The notes: generated from the sequence alone by a model not told the origin. A DNA stretch of 64,000 bases from Aplysia californica (GCF_000002075.1 NW_004797348.1:113116-177115); one strand, 5' to 3'; shown: positions 13,366-26,014, counted from the stretch's first letter. Numbers and translations are program-made.

Positions 13366-13467
13366 ATGATCTGTATGAAGGTGTTACGTCATGAGCTGCT
13401 GTCTCTGGGGGACCCCAGGGTCTCCAGGCCGCCGTCGCACCAACAGATACTACTGGTGCACAAAGCT
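13366..13467 (+). CDS. candidate alternative first coding exon of the RGS12-like gene
   Basis: ccgccATG Kozak context; 34 codons, MICMKVLRHELLSLGDPRVSRPPSHQQILLVHKA. Donor GCT|gtaagt in phase 0, compatible with exon 14872. Confidence 0.5.
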
Positions 13468-14871
13468 GTAAGTCTCATTTTGGCAGGACGTGCTGGTCTC
13501 ATCATGGGGTGTGGGGGACAAGGAAGAGAATGTAGGGGTCCGTTGTTTCACATCTTGCCATTTTCATGTTTTTTATTTGATGGTGTTAGAATTCTGGGGT
13601 GCTGGGTGTTATTTTTATTTTTTTTAAAAGATTATATACATACAAGTAAAAAATCTACCAACAAGTATGAAAAATAAGTAAAAATTTCAGCGTTATAATT
13701 ATTCTTTCTTTTCTTCTTGTCTTTGAGTATTTCTGTGATCTTCCCTATCCTCAAGTTCTCGTTTTTTCAAACTCGGCGAATATTTAGAAATAGGGAATTT
13801 AAGAAGCTTCAAAAAGAACATGTAGATCTATATATATTATNNNNNNNNNNNNNNNNNNNNNNNNNNNNNNNNNNNNNNNNNNNNNNNNNNNNNNNNNNNN
13901 NNNNNNNNNNNNNNNNNNNNNNNNNNNNNNNNNNNNNNNNNNNNNNNNNNNNNNNNNNNNNNNNNNNNNNNNNNNNNNNNNNNNNNNNNNNNNNNNNNNN
14001 NNNNNNNNNNNNNNNNNNNNNNNNNNNNNNNNNNNNNNNNNNNNNNNNNNNNNNTGATCTATGTGGTGTTTCAAAAGAACAGATATAAGGACATGTGCAT
14101 TTGGCTATTGGGTTGACTAACTTCAAGTTTTCCTTGTTCTGCTTTGTTTTGTTTTGCGTATAGGTCACAGTGGTGACGTCTGTTCTATCTTTTTTTTTTG
14201 CGCTTCCTAAAATGTGTTTGATTGTATTGTGTATATTGTCCAATGATAGTGTGGTGTAGTGCTTAGTCTTTTTGCCTTAGACTCCAAAGATGTGAGTTTG
14301 AATCTCACTTGGAAAATATTTCGTCAGGTATCTCTGTCTTCCTGCTGGGAAGGTAGAATCCCATGTGGGTGGTTAGAGGGCGCCATTCTTTCCCTCTGTT
14401 GTTTCTTTTACCCTGCACAAATGGACTGTTACTGCGTCATTTTGCTTCTCTTTACTTAAAACACATGTTTGATGGGTCTTTCAGGATTCAAGTGACCTGC
14501 CCCCCTGTATGATCAGTTGCTGTGAATCATTGTCAGTCACCATCAAACTACTTACAAAGGGGCAGTTTCACACCCAAGTTTATAGATAATCTGTGATGGT
14601 TTCTTGTAGAAGTCCACTCTCCTCGGTATTCTTTTGGAAATTAAAAAGTAGTCTGAAAATTGAAATGTCTTTGTAAATGTATACCAGTGAAAATGGACTA
14701 TTTTTATTCATTTTAAAGTAACTGCACATTTTAGATGTGTTAATGCAGCTGTCATTTTAATTTGAATGATGTTGTACAAGCCAATATTTTTGGTCTTTTT
14801 ATATGTTAAATTTTACTTCGTGAAGCAGGAAGATAACTGTGTTAATAAAATCACTTGTTGTTTGTCCTCAG

Positions 14872-15060
14872 TCTCTGGCCGTTGGAGAGGATCCCAGTCT
14901 GAACACCCAGCACAAGCTTATAGCTGCCAGTGTGAACAACATCACCGGACAGGCTGGCGGTCAGCGTGTTGGTCAAACAGATAAGGCTGGCAGAGTGGCC
15001 AGCTGGGCTGTTCATGTGGACAAATTACTACAGGACCCAGTTGGCATTGAGATCTTTTCT
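14872..15060 (+). CDS. RGS12: RGS12-like exon 2 (start of RGS domain)
   Basis: tttgtcctcag|TCT...TCT|gtaagt. Encodes RVASWAVHVDKLLQDPVGIEIFS, typical of R12-family RGS helix 1-2. Confidence 0.93.
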
Positions 15061-15716
15061 GTAAGTTCTATTGAGAGTATTATTATGTTTTTTATTTTCA
15101 TCTCTCTCGAATTGAAAGGGGGAAAAAGATAATTCAAACAATAATTTAAAAGTTCTGGATTTTCCTTTGAATATGAAAAACGTGTATTTCTTTAAAAAGT
15201 ATTAACTTTAAAAAAAGGCTTTCTTAAAATTCAAGCACGTAACGTTTTCATTCAAAAGTTTATGATTTCATTTTAGCCTCTAAGTTTTACGATGCTCACC
15301 CTAACTTAAATCTGCCCGTTGCTGACTCCTTGCAGAAAAGTCTGACAATTCATTTGTTGATAGATCAGTGGTTTTTGTGTCGTGTCTTTTCAGGAAAATT
15401 CTTAAAGGAAGAGGTCTTTCTCTAGACCTCACAGAAAGAAAAAAGTTATGAATTTATAAGTGTATTTTTGCTGAAATTTTGTCATACTTTTTGAGTTATA
15501 AAATGTAATAAATTTGTGATAGTACCTGGATGAGATGAGAAGTTCTGTATTTTGAGATTGACCCCTGAACATAATGGTAAAGATGGAGGCTTTAGATACT
15601 AAAGAGGCACTTCCTGTATTATTTTGTCATATGGTATGAAGTATTTTTATTTTATCTATGTCTATTTAATTTAAATCTACTGTTGGCTACATTTTAAAAA
15701 ATTGTTTCTTTTAAAG

Positions 15717-15803
15717 GAATTTTTGAGGAGAGAGTTCAGTGAAGAGAATATCCTGTTTTGGAAGGCTTGTGAGCAGTACCGTCAATTGACTGATGATTCT
15801 GTG
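15717..15803 (+). CDS. RGS12: RGS12-like exon 3 (RGS domain)
   Basis: ttttaaag|GAA...GTG|gtgagt. EFLRREFSEENILFWKACEQY is the RGS signature. Confidence 0.95.
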
Positions 15804-16028
15804 GTGAGTTTTTTCTTCTCTTACTGTTACCTCTTGTTTTTCAATAGAAGGGCTTCAAAATGTATTGCTATCATGCTGAGGTAATGGTGTCGTAGTTGGA
15901 GTGATGTCAGTTGTAGTCGGTAGAATCAAAATGTGAGGTTTTTATGTGAATTTTTGTCTCGAAATTGGTGTTTCAGTGTGGTAGACAATTTAGTAGGCAT
16001 TTAAAAAAACAATTCTTACAACTGGTAA

Positions 16029-16268
16029 CCCTGTCTGTATGCGCTAGGGTCATTTTGTACCCCCGGGCTTGTATTCTTCACATTTTCAAATACTTCTAGT
16101 ACGAAGGTCTCTTTGAAATTTTAAGTATTTCACAAAAAATCATTTTGACAGACTGCTATGCAAAGCGTACAGATCGGATTAACGAGTAAATTTCCTCTTT
16201 GGAAAGTGGTGGCACAGAGTTCCCTATGCCGTATGGATACGATAGTATAACACGACGTACGGATAGGG
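16029..16268. mobile_element. piggyBac-like MITE
   Basis: Imperfect terminal inverted repeats (TIRs) CCCTGTCTGTATG...CGTACGGATAGGG; flanks GTAA / TTAA. Confidence 0.6.
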
Positions 16269-16539
16269 TTAATGTAAGGATAGCTGCTGACTGAAGCTGT
16301 TTCGTAAACTTGGCTATTTCACCAATGGGTTTGAATCTGAATGACGTTTGAAATGTTCTTGTTCTTCCTGGAATAATTTAACCTTCTTAAAATAACTTAA
16401 TGTCTGATGAATTGTTTGTGTTTTGTTTTAATTTCCTTTTTTGTAAGTGTGTTATGGCGCTCGCAGCTGCATAAGGTCGTATGAGCGCGCTGGACACATT
16501 AAACATTTTAATTTGGTTGGAAATTTAAAATTTTGCCCA

Positions 16540-16906
16540 GGTGGTGGCTGAAGCCTACTCTTATTGATCTTATACCACCAAGAGATCTTTAACGTGCGCA
16601 ACTTGCACACGAGGCCTCTGAGATTTTTCATCTTTATTCGAGAAGGCTAGGTGTGGATCTTTCCTACCAGAAGATCAGGGGTGTGGCTGAAAGACAGTAG
16701 TGAGAAGGAGCCAAGAGGAAGGGGGCAAAAGAGGTGAGGGGGTGGGGGCAGAAAGTGGTGACAAAAGCAGACGACAGAACATTGTTAGAGAGCAGGAAAG
16801 GAGGTGAAAGGAGACAATTTTAGTGGAGAAAATTTTTCTGTCGCTACCCGGATTCGAACCCGGGACCTTTGAACGAGCACCTGAACCTTTAGGCCATGAG
16901 AGCCCC
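16540..16906 (-). mobile_element. tRNA-derived SINE with Nin/Deu-like conserved domain
   Basis: Minus-strand head has an A box (TGGCCTAAAGG) and B box (GGTTCGAATCC). Downstream CCTTCTCGAATAAAGATG...GAGGCCTCGTGTG...GCACGTTAAAGATCTC resembles the Nin/Deu SINE domain (from memory, not searched). Confidence 0.7.
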
Positions 16907-18315
16907 CTGAATTTTCTTTGCCTTTTTTCTTTCATGTGTGCTGAGATATCTATTGTTAATTAATTGGTTGTTTTTAAGAGGAATTCAGTATCCCTTTTTT
17001 TCTGTGTGGCCACTTTTGAAAGGGTGGTGCTAATGTACCGGAGGCAGAAGGAAAGGAAAAGTGTAGTGTCAAGTGGCTCAGGTCTTTTCATGCTGGGGTA
17101 GCATAAAAAAGCTTTTCAGTGTATCTGTGTGTAAGCTGTAGAGGAGAACAATAGGCATATTGTACATTGGCTTGTACAAAGGTTTGTACTTGTAAATGTA
17201 AGCTGAGGTCACAGTTCATTCCAGTTCAACCCGCCAGCTTTGACTGTTCCACTCAGTCTGCAGATTAGGACTTGTTAAAGGTCAGCACTGGACTGTATGT
17301 TAATCTGTGAGCACAAATATTTGGCCTCGGCAGGATTGTTTCCCCTAGGAGGCTTAGTCTCCCTTGGTTGGTTGTTCTTTTCTGCTGGGTTAATCTCATC
17401 AAAGCTGTGGAACAGCTGAGCAAATCACTGGTGGCAGGTCAAGGTGTTGGTGAGAGCATTGGGTAATGTGATCACACAGACTTTTGTACTGAAGGGCTTT
17501 TACAGGGTTGTGTTAAAAGGACAGCAAGCAGCCCCACGAAAGCTGTTGTCTTCATATCCCCCTTCTTCTTACTCATAGGAACTAAAACTGGTACATAAAA
17601 GAATAAAAAGGTTGATGAACTTGTCTGACATGCAGATGTTTAAGGTCTGGGGCTGAGAAGGATTGGGAACTTTTTTATCTTTTTTATAATATTGTTCTCT
17701 GTTGTCCCAATGTCCCTATGAGGGACCCAGGGCACCGCATAGAAACTATCTTAATAGAGTGTATAGTGGTCAAAGAGTATGCGGTAGAGTCTTCATACTG
17801 CTTGGTTATAAAAGAACCCACGAAAAATTTCCTTTTGGGATTTGAGACACAAAGTCAGACAGTTACATTTCTTCTACATGGACAAAGAGTCAGAAATGCA
17901 TAATGTCGACCAGCTGTCCAGATGTGCTAAGCCCAATATTTTGAAAAAAAATCTTTATCGTAGTTGCTTTATCTGTGGTATTAGGTACATGTGCCCAAAA
18001 ATTATTTTGTTGAAATTCAAACTCAAATGCTAAAAAAAGCAAGTAAAGATGCATAGTATAAATATATTTGTTAAAAGAATGAAACTATTTTTTGTTGCTC
18101 CTGAAAAAATTTGCTTTCTGGGCTTAAAACAGCTGAGCAGCTTGCTGACATAATGTGGACACATTAACAGAAATGTTTCCAGAAGTGAGTACAAGCTAGA
18201 TTTCAAGCTTCCTGGCCACTGTTGCATGTTTTTTTTGTTGTTGTTGTTCATTTTCTTCTGATTTAAAATGTAAAAAGAAAAAAAAGAAAGAGATCTCTGG
18301 TTTTCCTCTTTTCAG

Positions 18316-18462
18316 CGCAAAGCTCAGGCCATGGACGTCTACAATCGCTTCTTGTCTGCTAAGGCTGATGATCCTGTGAATGTGGATGGTGCAGCCCGCT
18401 CTTACACTGAGAAGTTTCTGGACAACCCCACAGCCATCATGTTTGATGTTGCACAACAACAG
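18316..18462 (+). CDS. RGS12: RGS12-like exon 4 (RGS domain)
   Basis: cttttcag|CGC...CAG|gtacgt. My translation: RKAQAMDVYNRFLSAKADDPVNVDGAARSYTEKFLDNPTAIMFDVAQQQ (frame not in the ORF track). Confidence 0.93.
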
Positions 18463-18915
18463 GTACGTTGATAATCACAGTCGTCTGGGTGGCATGGAAA
18501 GTGGATCTGACTTTTATTACAGAAGTACTTCAGTTAATTGTGATGTGAGGACTTCAATGTTTGCTTTTTAGTGTGTTAAATAAGTTGTTAGATTTTTATA
18601 TAGTCAGAGGGTATTTCGTAGACTAAAAATATTTGTAAAAGCTTCAATTTTTACATTACCCTTTTTAGTGTGCATTGGTGTCAAATTGCTCTTTTTCCCA
18701 TGATGGTGGTTAGCAGGCATTCTATGGTCTGGTTTGTCTTTTTTCCTGTTTTGCTTTTGCTGTCATTTGATTGAGTGGAATGTAATCCGTTTCATACATA
18801 TTTGTCATAAAACTATAACTTGACAACTCTTATCTGGAGTGAACAAAGAGATAACAGTTATCTACTACTCCTGTTTGTTTTCAGAACTGAGTCAATAAAT
18901 GTGATATTTTTACAG

Positions 18916-19062
18916 ATCTACCAGCTCATGCGCCAGGACAGTTATGCCAGATTCATCAAGTCCGATCTGTACAAGAACAAGTTGATGGAGGAAATGGAAG
19001 GTAGACCATTGCAAGGCCAGAGTGGAGACAGGCAGCCAGAGGAAAAAGGAGGAAAGAAAAAG
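18916..19062 (+). CDS. RGS12: RGS12-like exon 5 (end of RGS domain)
   Basis: tttttacag|ATC...AAG|gtgatt. Encodes IYQLMRQDSYARFIKSDLY, the RGS C-terminal motif. Confidence 0.95.
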
Positions 19063-19709
19063 GTGATTACTTTTTTAAAGCTAGTTTTTGTCACCCTGAT
19101 ATTTCTGCTAGTTTTTACTGGAGTTTGTTACAGGACACGCTTTTCTCCGCCTGGTTTATAAAAATAATTAACAAAAGTATGATAAAGAATAATTTTAAGT
19201 TGTACTGTCAGGTTTTTGCTACATGTGAAGTTTCAGAGATGGGAGCCTGTGGGTCACATATTTTTATTGCTTATTTTTGTGATTTCGTTGAAAGTATTTT
19301 ACTGTACGGAAATATGTAGATGGTTTATGGGTGCTGTGGTGTAGTCTGTTCCTTCTTCATTTTTTACATTATTGTTGTCTCCATCCTTTTTCCAGTGAAA
19401 TGTAGTTATTGTTGTGCTGATTGTTCCTAAACAACAAACTTATTTTTGTTATGTTTAAGATACATGATGGGTATGTTTTGAGTTATTTGGCCTTTGTTTG
19501 GTTTGGGATGGATGATTCTGAGGCAGTGTGTATAGATTGTTACTCCCTTTTATAGGTGGTGGTGTGGCAGCTGACACAGCAGCCAAGTATAGAAAGTCTT
19601 GTCTGTATCAAGAGCTTGTAATGTACCTGTAATGAGGATGAGAAGACTATAGATCTATATTGTTAGAGGCATAGACCTTTGGCGAGTAGGGAAGAGATTT
19701 AATCTTTAA

Positions 19710-19791
19710 CACTTTGCCGCCTCATCTCGCCGATTGGCAATGTTTACCACCCAGTTTCTTTGGATTTTCCCCAAAATATGATGGCAAAGCG
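19710..19791. mobile_element. tiny piggyBac-like MITE (82 bp)
   Basis: TTAA-CACTTTGCCGCC ... GATGGCAAAGCG-TTAA. Confidence 0.55.
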
Positions 19792-20103
19792 TTAAGGGAT
19801 ATGAGTCGATATTTTTTCCTTTGCCTTGCTTTCTTTGGGTGAATTAAATTACGTGCATATGACACCGGGATGGGCTGTGAAAGCTGAGTTTGTCGTAGTC
19901 ATCTCGGCCTAAAGAAAAAGAAATGTGACACATTTGCCTAGTAGATGTTGGATCTTTCTCTTTTAAAACTGAGCATGAAACATTGCTTTTACAACATGTG
20001 AAACATATTTTGATGAAATGTTGTAGAAAGATTTCTGTAGACTATCTTAGTTTCTATAGTTTTTACAGTCATGAAAGTGGGTTTTTTTCTTTCTTTTTAA
20101 CAG

Positions 20104-20161
20104 GTGAAAGGAAAAGAAAATGAAGACAAGAGGAGGCGATCTATACTTCCTTGGAGACAAC
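20104..20161 (+). CDS. RGS12: RGS12-like exon 6 (linker)
   Basis: tttttaacag|GTG...CAAC|gtaagt. Encodes VKGKENEDKRRRSILPWRQ; the RRSxLPW motif is typical of RGS12/14/loco. Phase 0 to 1. Confidence 0.88.
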
Positions 20162-20690
20162 GTAAGTGGAACTTGGAAGTAATGTCTTGCTGTAGTCTTG
20201 GTTGTATGAAGATTCTCTTCATTAATAATGTCAGATATCAATACTGTGCTCTTGACTTTTGTCTCTAGGTACAGGTTGTTACTGTACCCACTACTCTGAA
20301 GCTATCTAAAAATTCTGGTATGTTCAATATACTGAAAAGGATGTGTTACATTACCTTGTGTTGTCACAAATTCTGTAGAAACTTATAGTCAAGAGTGTCC
20401 AAGACTACTACCCATTGTTTAAGAGAAAAGTGGATGTCTTGAACATTGTCATTATATTAAAAACATGCAAGGGGTGAGTTGAAGTGGTCATTTGTACAGC
20501 CGGAGAGGTGGCCGTTAGGGCAGGTTTGAATGTACTTGGATAAGACATAAGACGTATTTGAATTGACCAATATTTATCACTCATTCACTTCATAAGTTTT
20601 TCCTCTGCCATATATTGGCTGTTACAGTGTGCAAAGCACAATGTGTGAATGAAAGTCTGAGTAAGTTTTGTGTTTGCATTCTGTGGACAG

Positions 20691-20983
20691 ACAAGAAAAG
20701 TTCGATGAAGTCCACATCAGATCCGGAGCTGAAAGGGTTGGGCAAGAAAAGCAACAAGGAGGATAAAGAAAAAGACAAAGACAAAGACAAAGACAAAGAC
20801 TCCAGCTCCAGCCACAATGTCAGCCTGGCCAGTGGCAGCAGTAATGGAGTTGTCACCGTCACCACCAGTGTCAACAACAATGGCAGCAACAATAACAACA
20901 ACCTTGTCATGAATCTGAAGAAAGCTCCAGGGCCTGGCATTGACCTTAGCACCATGAGAAAAGAAGTTTTCCATCCGAAAGAG
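20691..20983 (+). CDS. RGS12: RGS12-like exon 7 (low-complexity linker with (DK)n and poly-N)
   Basis: gtggacag|AC...GAG|gtatgc. Phase 1 to 0 fits the flanking exons and the frame is open. Confidence 0.85.
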
Positions 20984-21387
20984 GTATGCTGTTCGTTGTG
21001 ACTTTTTGGGTAAATGCTGACCGATGAGGCTTGGCTTTTCCATTTTCAGATATTTAGAGGTATGAAATCTTTACTAATGGTGTAAAAAAAACTTTTTTAC
21101 CGATTACAGTCTGTGTGACTCCTGAATGTGACAGTAGGTTTAGGTTTTACTATTTGGAGCTTTGATTCTTTGTAGATTTTTGTCTATGAGTTTGAGAGGA
21201 AATGTGTGCAGTTTTTTTTGTTTTCGTATTTGTCTGTGATTTTTTTCTGTCCTTGAAGTTTTGCCATGCCTAGAATGAACCACCACTTTTGTTGTACTTT
21301 TTTGGTGGGTATTTATCAATACCAAAAAATTGTAGTGTGAATATTGTTTGTGACAATGTTTCTAAAAAAATATATTTGTCTGCACAG

Positions 21388-21567
21388 ACCAGCAGAGATG
21401 CCCCAGCATCACACTTCAAATTCTGTCGAATTATCATGCCGGACGGTTCATCCACGGTGGTGTGCGCTAAACCAGGCCAGACTTCTCGCTCGGTCCTGAC
21501 CAAGCTGTGTGAGAAACGCTCTGTCTCCCTGGCTTCAACAGATGTCTTCATCTTAGGAACGGAAACG
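21388..21567 (+). CDS. RGS12: RGS12-like exon 8 (Ras-binding domain 1)
   Basis: ctgcacag|ACC...ACG|gtgaga. FCRIIMPDGSSTVVCAKPGQTSRSVLTKLCEKR is a Raf-like RBD. Confidence 0.93.
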
Positions 21568-22614
21568 GTGAGATAGGTTGTGGCCAATCTTCTGATATTG
21601 ATGCAGTTCTTTTCTCACTCCGTCATCTGGTGCCCCATTCAGATGAAAATGAAGCTTACGATGGATTTTAAAGGGAAGAAAATTACAAAAAATTGTCTGT
21701 GATTTCAAGGATATAGTGGGGATGTGAAATGGGGAGTCTTTAGGTCTACATTTTTCTACATTCTCAAATTTAGGAGAAGTGTTATTTTATAAGTTATAGG
21801 TATAGGTTTTTTTTTTTACTGTTCACTAATTGTCATTGTGCATGTAGGAAACCATATACTCCTCTCCTGTTTGTTGATGATTTCAGCAAGGTTTTTCCTA
21901 GTTCTCTGTCTATTTATTGTTGTCTGAATTTTGGGGTTTTAGTGGGTTTGTTTTTCATCCCCTCAGTTTCCTTGTATTCACTCATTTGTGAGTATTATCA
22001 TCAATGGAATAAAATTTATAAAGGTCCTACTTTTTCTTTTAAAAATTGAGCTGGAATTCTAGGATTATGGGATTGTCTGTCTTTTAATGGTAAGCAAGAT
22101 TACGTTATCTTTGATCTGTTGCTGGTAATTCTGTATGTTCCTGACAGATTACTATATCTGTGTAGCATCCCTAAACAATGTTTTAATTTAATTAGAACAT
22201 TTAGCTGAAGAGCTAGAGATAAAGTGTGTACATGCCTTTAAGAGTTTGAATGTTGCTTTATTTCCTGGTAATGGCTTCTTTGTGTTCTCCCTGAAAAGTT
22301 GTTGAAAACGCTCAGTGACAGGTTTTGATGATGTACATTTAGTTTCTGTGCAACAAATTTCAAGGTTTTTCTACTCACCAATGATTCATGTGTGCTGGGT
22401 TGGAACAAGGCTTTGGGGGGTTGTATTTATTCAAATGATTAACGTCTTGAACAAGTTGAATACTCTTTGCCCTTGGACAGATTGACTCACATCATCCAAA
22501 TGTGTAAGCAAGCTCAGCAACATATGAATATAAAAAGTTCGCTTATCAGTTGGACATGTCCATGAAATTTGCTGTTTTGACTTATTATGAACCCTTTCTG
22601 TTTCCCTCTGTCAG

Positions 22615-22812
22615 CCCTTGGACCTCGGCGAGGACATCTCTACCCTGGGCTCAAAGGAAATTTTGATAGAGAGGAGAGTGCTCTTTCGTTTAGACCTGCC
22701 CAGTGGCAAGTCCATAGGGGTGAAGGCCAAGCCCAACAGAAGTATTAGAGATGTGTTCAAGCCCATTTTACAGAAATATGGACATCGTATAGAGAACATC
22801 ACTATTCACTTG
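22615..22812 (+). CDS. RGS12: RGS12-like exon 9 (RBD1 end, RBD2)
   Basis: ctctgtcag|CCC...TTG|gtaaga. ERRVLFRLDLPSGKSIGVKAKPNRSIRDVFKPILQKYG matches RGS12/loco RBD2. Confidence 0.95.
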
Positions 22813-23260
22813 GTAAGAAACGCTGTCACTTTGAGAATGTATGTTAATTTGTTATGTCAGCATTGACAATGGTGATAGAATAATGTGAATAAGGTTGTTA
22901 GTTACGACTTTGTTCTCATTTCTGTTCTTTGAGTCTTTTGCAGTTCATGTGTTTGCCCATTTCCCCAAATGAAATTATCATTATGGTAATGTTAATTTTT
23001 CTAACCCTAAACACTTGAAGTTTGTTCAAACTCTGCCAATGTGATTGTGTAGTATTCAGTGGTTTCAAGTGGCCAATAGATTTGTCTCTCTGGAGCATGC
23101 CAAACTTGAACAACATTCATTCTCAAAACTGAGAACTTTTCAGATAAAGGTCTCATTTCTGACTTATTTGTTTACAGATTGTGTTTGTGTTCGTGTCTCA
23201 CAAAACTCATTAAAAAGAACTGGTTATGAAATTGAGAGTAACCTTTTTGTATTATTGTAG

Positions 23261-23351
23261 ATGGACTCTGTCCAGCCACTGGACCTTGAGCTGCAGGTTT
23301 CTGAGCTGGACAACAAGCGAGCTGTGGTAGTGGAAGATGGTGCTGTCACAG
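23261..23351 (+). CDS. RGS12: RGS12-like exon 10 (RBD2 end)
   Basis: attattgtag|ATG...ACAG|gtaggt. Encodes PLDLELQVSELDNKRAVVVE; phase 0 to 1. Confidence 0.9.
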
Positions 23352-26014
23352 GTAGGTGCTTTTTTGATGATTTCTATAATATCTCAGCCCCCTCTGTCTT
23401 GGCAGATGCTTATAGTCGAATTCTTTCGTTAAATGTTGTGAAAACTAACAATTTATTTATCACTATATTATGATGTTTATCATAATCTTTTGTCATCCGC
23501 TGAGTATTATTAATGATTATACTTTGCTTCATGCACATAGAGGCTGTAATGTTACTGTTGTATTTACTTAAAGATTAACTAATGCCTACATGGTTAGTCT
23601 GCCAAACTTTTGGTAAAGTTTAGTGTCTTGTGAATCAAGAAACAAAGCTTAAAATAACTCTCACAAAAATTCAAAGTTCACTCAGAAAGTTGCTTGATAA
23701 CTGCACCTCTGCTTACCTGTATGCAAGAACTGCCAGTAAAGACCCCCCATCCCCTTTACTTTTAGAGTGTGACAGTGCCTTCTTAGGTATTGTAATGTGA
23801 ATGATGTTGTTTGTAGAAGTTGTTTTTTTGTGTGGTATAGTTGAAGACTGGTTAGATGCTTTGTCTCTTTTTGTTCTTGCGTTAGTAGGTTTTATGATTT
23901 TTCAAGCTTTGACAAATGTTTTGAGAAATTATGAGTAAAGTAAGATGAGCTGCAGAAATTATTTGCTTATGAAACATTATAATCTTTTCGTTAAGTTACA
24001 ATTTTAACGAAACAGTATTATTTTTTTTATTTTGAGAAAGTCACCATTTCATTTACCTTTTCACAAAAAGATGTATGCTTTTAGCTTCTGTAAATATCTT
24101 TTCATCAATGCTTTCTGTGTGAAAGAGTGAGTTCTATTATTTGGCATTTAGTTGAGTCCCAATGCATAAATAAGCTTTTCTGATAGCTCACAAAGGCATG
24201 AGCATGTCCCACCTGGCATGCTGAATGATTGATGTTTGTCACCACTAACCTCTCCAGCTTTCACTAATCTCCTTGCATCATCATTTTCATTTGTGCATAT
24301 TACTATCTCATGCACTCTTTTTTTACTGTTTCATTTGAGATCAGCCCCCTTGATTCTGCACATTCTTTTATAGATTATCATTCACAGCTTACTCATTTTA
24401 AGCACTGCGATATCCTTCTTTGAATGACTGTTAACAGCTAATCTACTTCAACATTTTTCAATCAGTTTGTATGTTGCCAATCATTTGTTTTATAGTATTC
24501 AATAGCTTGCTTTTATAAATTAAAATTCATTTTTCTTGTAATTGACAAATGTTTTAAAAATTAGATAATGTACACACATAATACTGTTCTTGTAAATTCA
24601 CAGTGAATAGAGAAATTGAAGTATTAGAATTGAATCTGAGTAAGATGTTAATCTGAACAGGTATCAATCACCCCAATTGTCTCTCATTGCATGTTCTTTT
24701 CTGTTTTCAAACTGACTTTGTCATCATCATTTGGTACCCTGAAGGGGTCCTTCAATCATTGATGATTTGTACTCTGTATGTAATTTCATTGACCCTTATC
24801 TTTTCAATGTAAGGCTGAAATTTGCTTATGATATTTCTGGGATGCTGGTACACAGCAGAAACATTACTACTGTGGTTTGTGGAACTCAACTGTCAGGGAA
24901 CTATCAAAACTGCTTCTCCTACTTCCTTAAAGTGACACTAAATGGTCTACTCCTTGTGAAATATGCTCTTTGTCATGCAGCGTGCAGTAAATTGCAGTTC
25001 AAGGATAACTCTACAAATGATCTAATCCTAGAGCTCCCCGTTAAATATGTGGGGTCAGTTGATGTATGTTTCCATCATGTCAGTAGTTCTAATTTTAAAA
25101 AAGTACCCCTCCAGTGACACTGTTACTATTCATTTTGAAAAGTGTGCTATATAAATGAATCATATTTTTCAAATGACAGGAATCCAATGGAATTTTAGCT
25201 TGTTCATTTTCTTCTGACCGTGTTAGAAAAAATTCTAGCTCGTTTATTAATTTACCTATGCCCATGGAACTGTGTATGGCACTTCTGAAGGCCAGTGACC
25301 AAGCAAAAATATTGAAAAAAAATCTTGATCCAGTAATAAAATCGTTTTTCTCTTTAGGCCCTAGATCTATATTAAAAACTTCTCCTTGGATAAAAACATA
25401 AGATCACTAAAATAAATTACATACAATGACCTTGCCTACAAATTGCTCATTTTGAGGCAGCCACACCACCCTGTTCCCTCGTTTCAGTGTAAGCTTGTAG
25501 ATTTCACCCCCCACCTCCCACTGTCTAGATGTCTCCACGTGAGTTTCGAAAATTGCTTGCCCCCGTTTCTTGAATCGCATTTCTTGGGCGTACATTAGAG
25601 TGTGGTGCAGAGAAAAATATGTTACCTTTTTAATGTTTTTAGTATATGCTGTAAATCCCCTATTATTTTTTTGGACCCACTTTAGGCTTGCATCAAAGAA
25701 AATGTATCGGATCCTTAGTTTGCAGTGACTTTTATGAATGGGCTTTTAGATTTTGTTGGTTATCCGACATTTAGAATGCAAAGAATTGAAAAGATTAAAC
25801 AGAGCGGTTTCATTTTAAAAATCTTGTTTTAACCAGGCCAGACGGAAGTGAACAAGCTATGGTTGGATCAGGTGTAGCATGGGCAGAATTTGTTGTGTTA
25901 TGAACAGCCTTGCATTGTTGGAAAGAGGGTGTCTTGTAACTGAAGTCGTTTGACTAACCTAGCATGCGTTGAGTTATTATCGCATCTTTTTGTTGTTGTA
26001 TTTTGTTCTAACAG

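Noticed and set aside
16840-16906. Possible tRNA gene
   Set aside because: A and B boxes are present but the anticodon arm is degenerate and it continues into a SINE body.
25837-25871. Possible cassette exon aaccag|GCCAGACGG...GATCAG|gtgtag
   Set aside because: 35 nt, frameshifting, with a weak donor.
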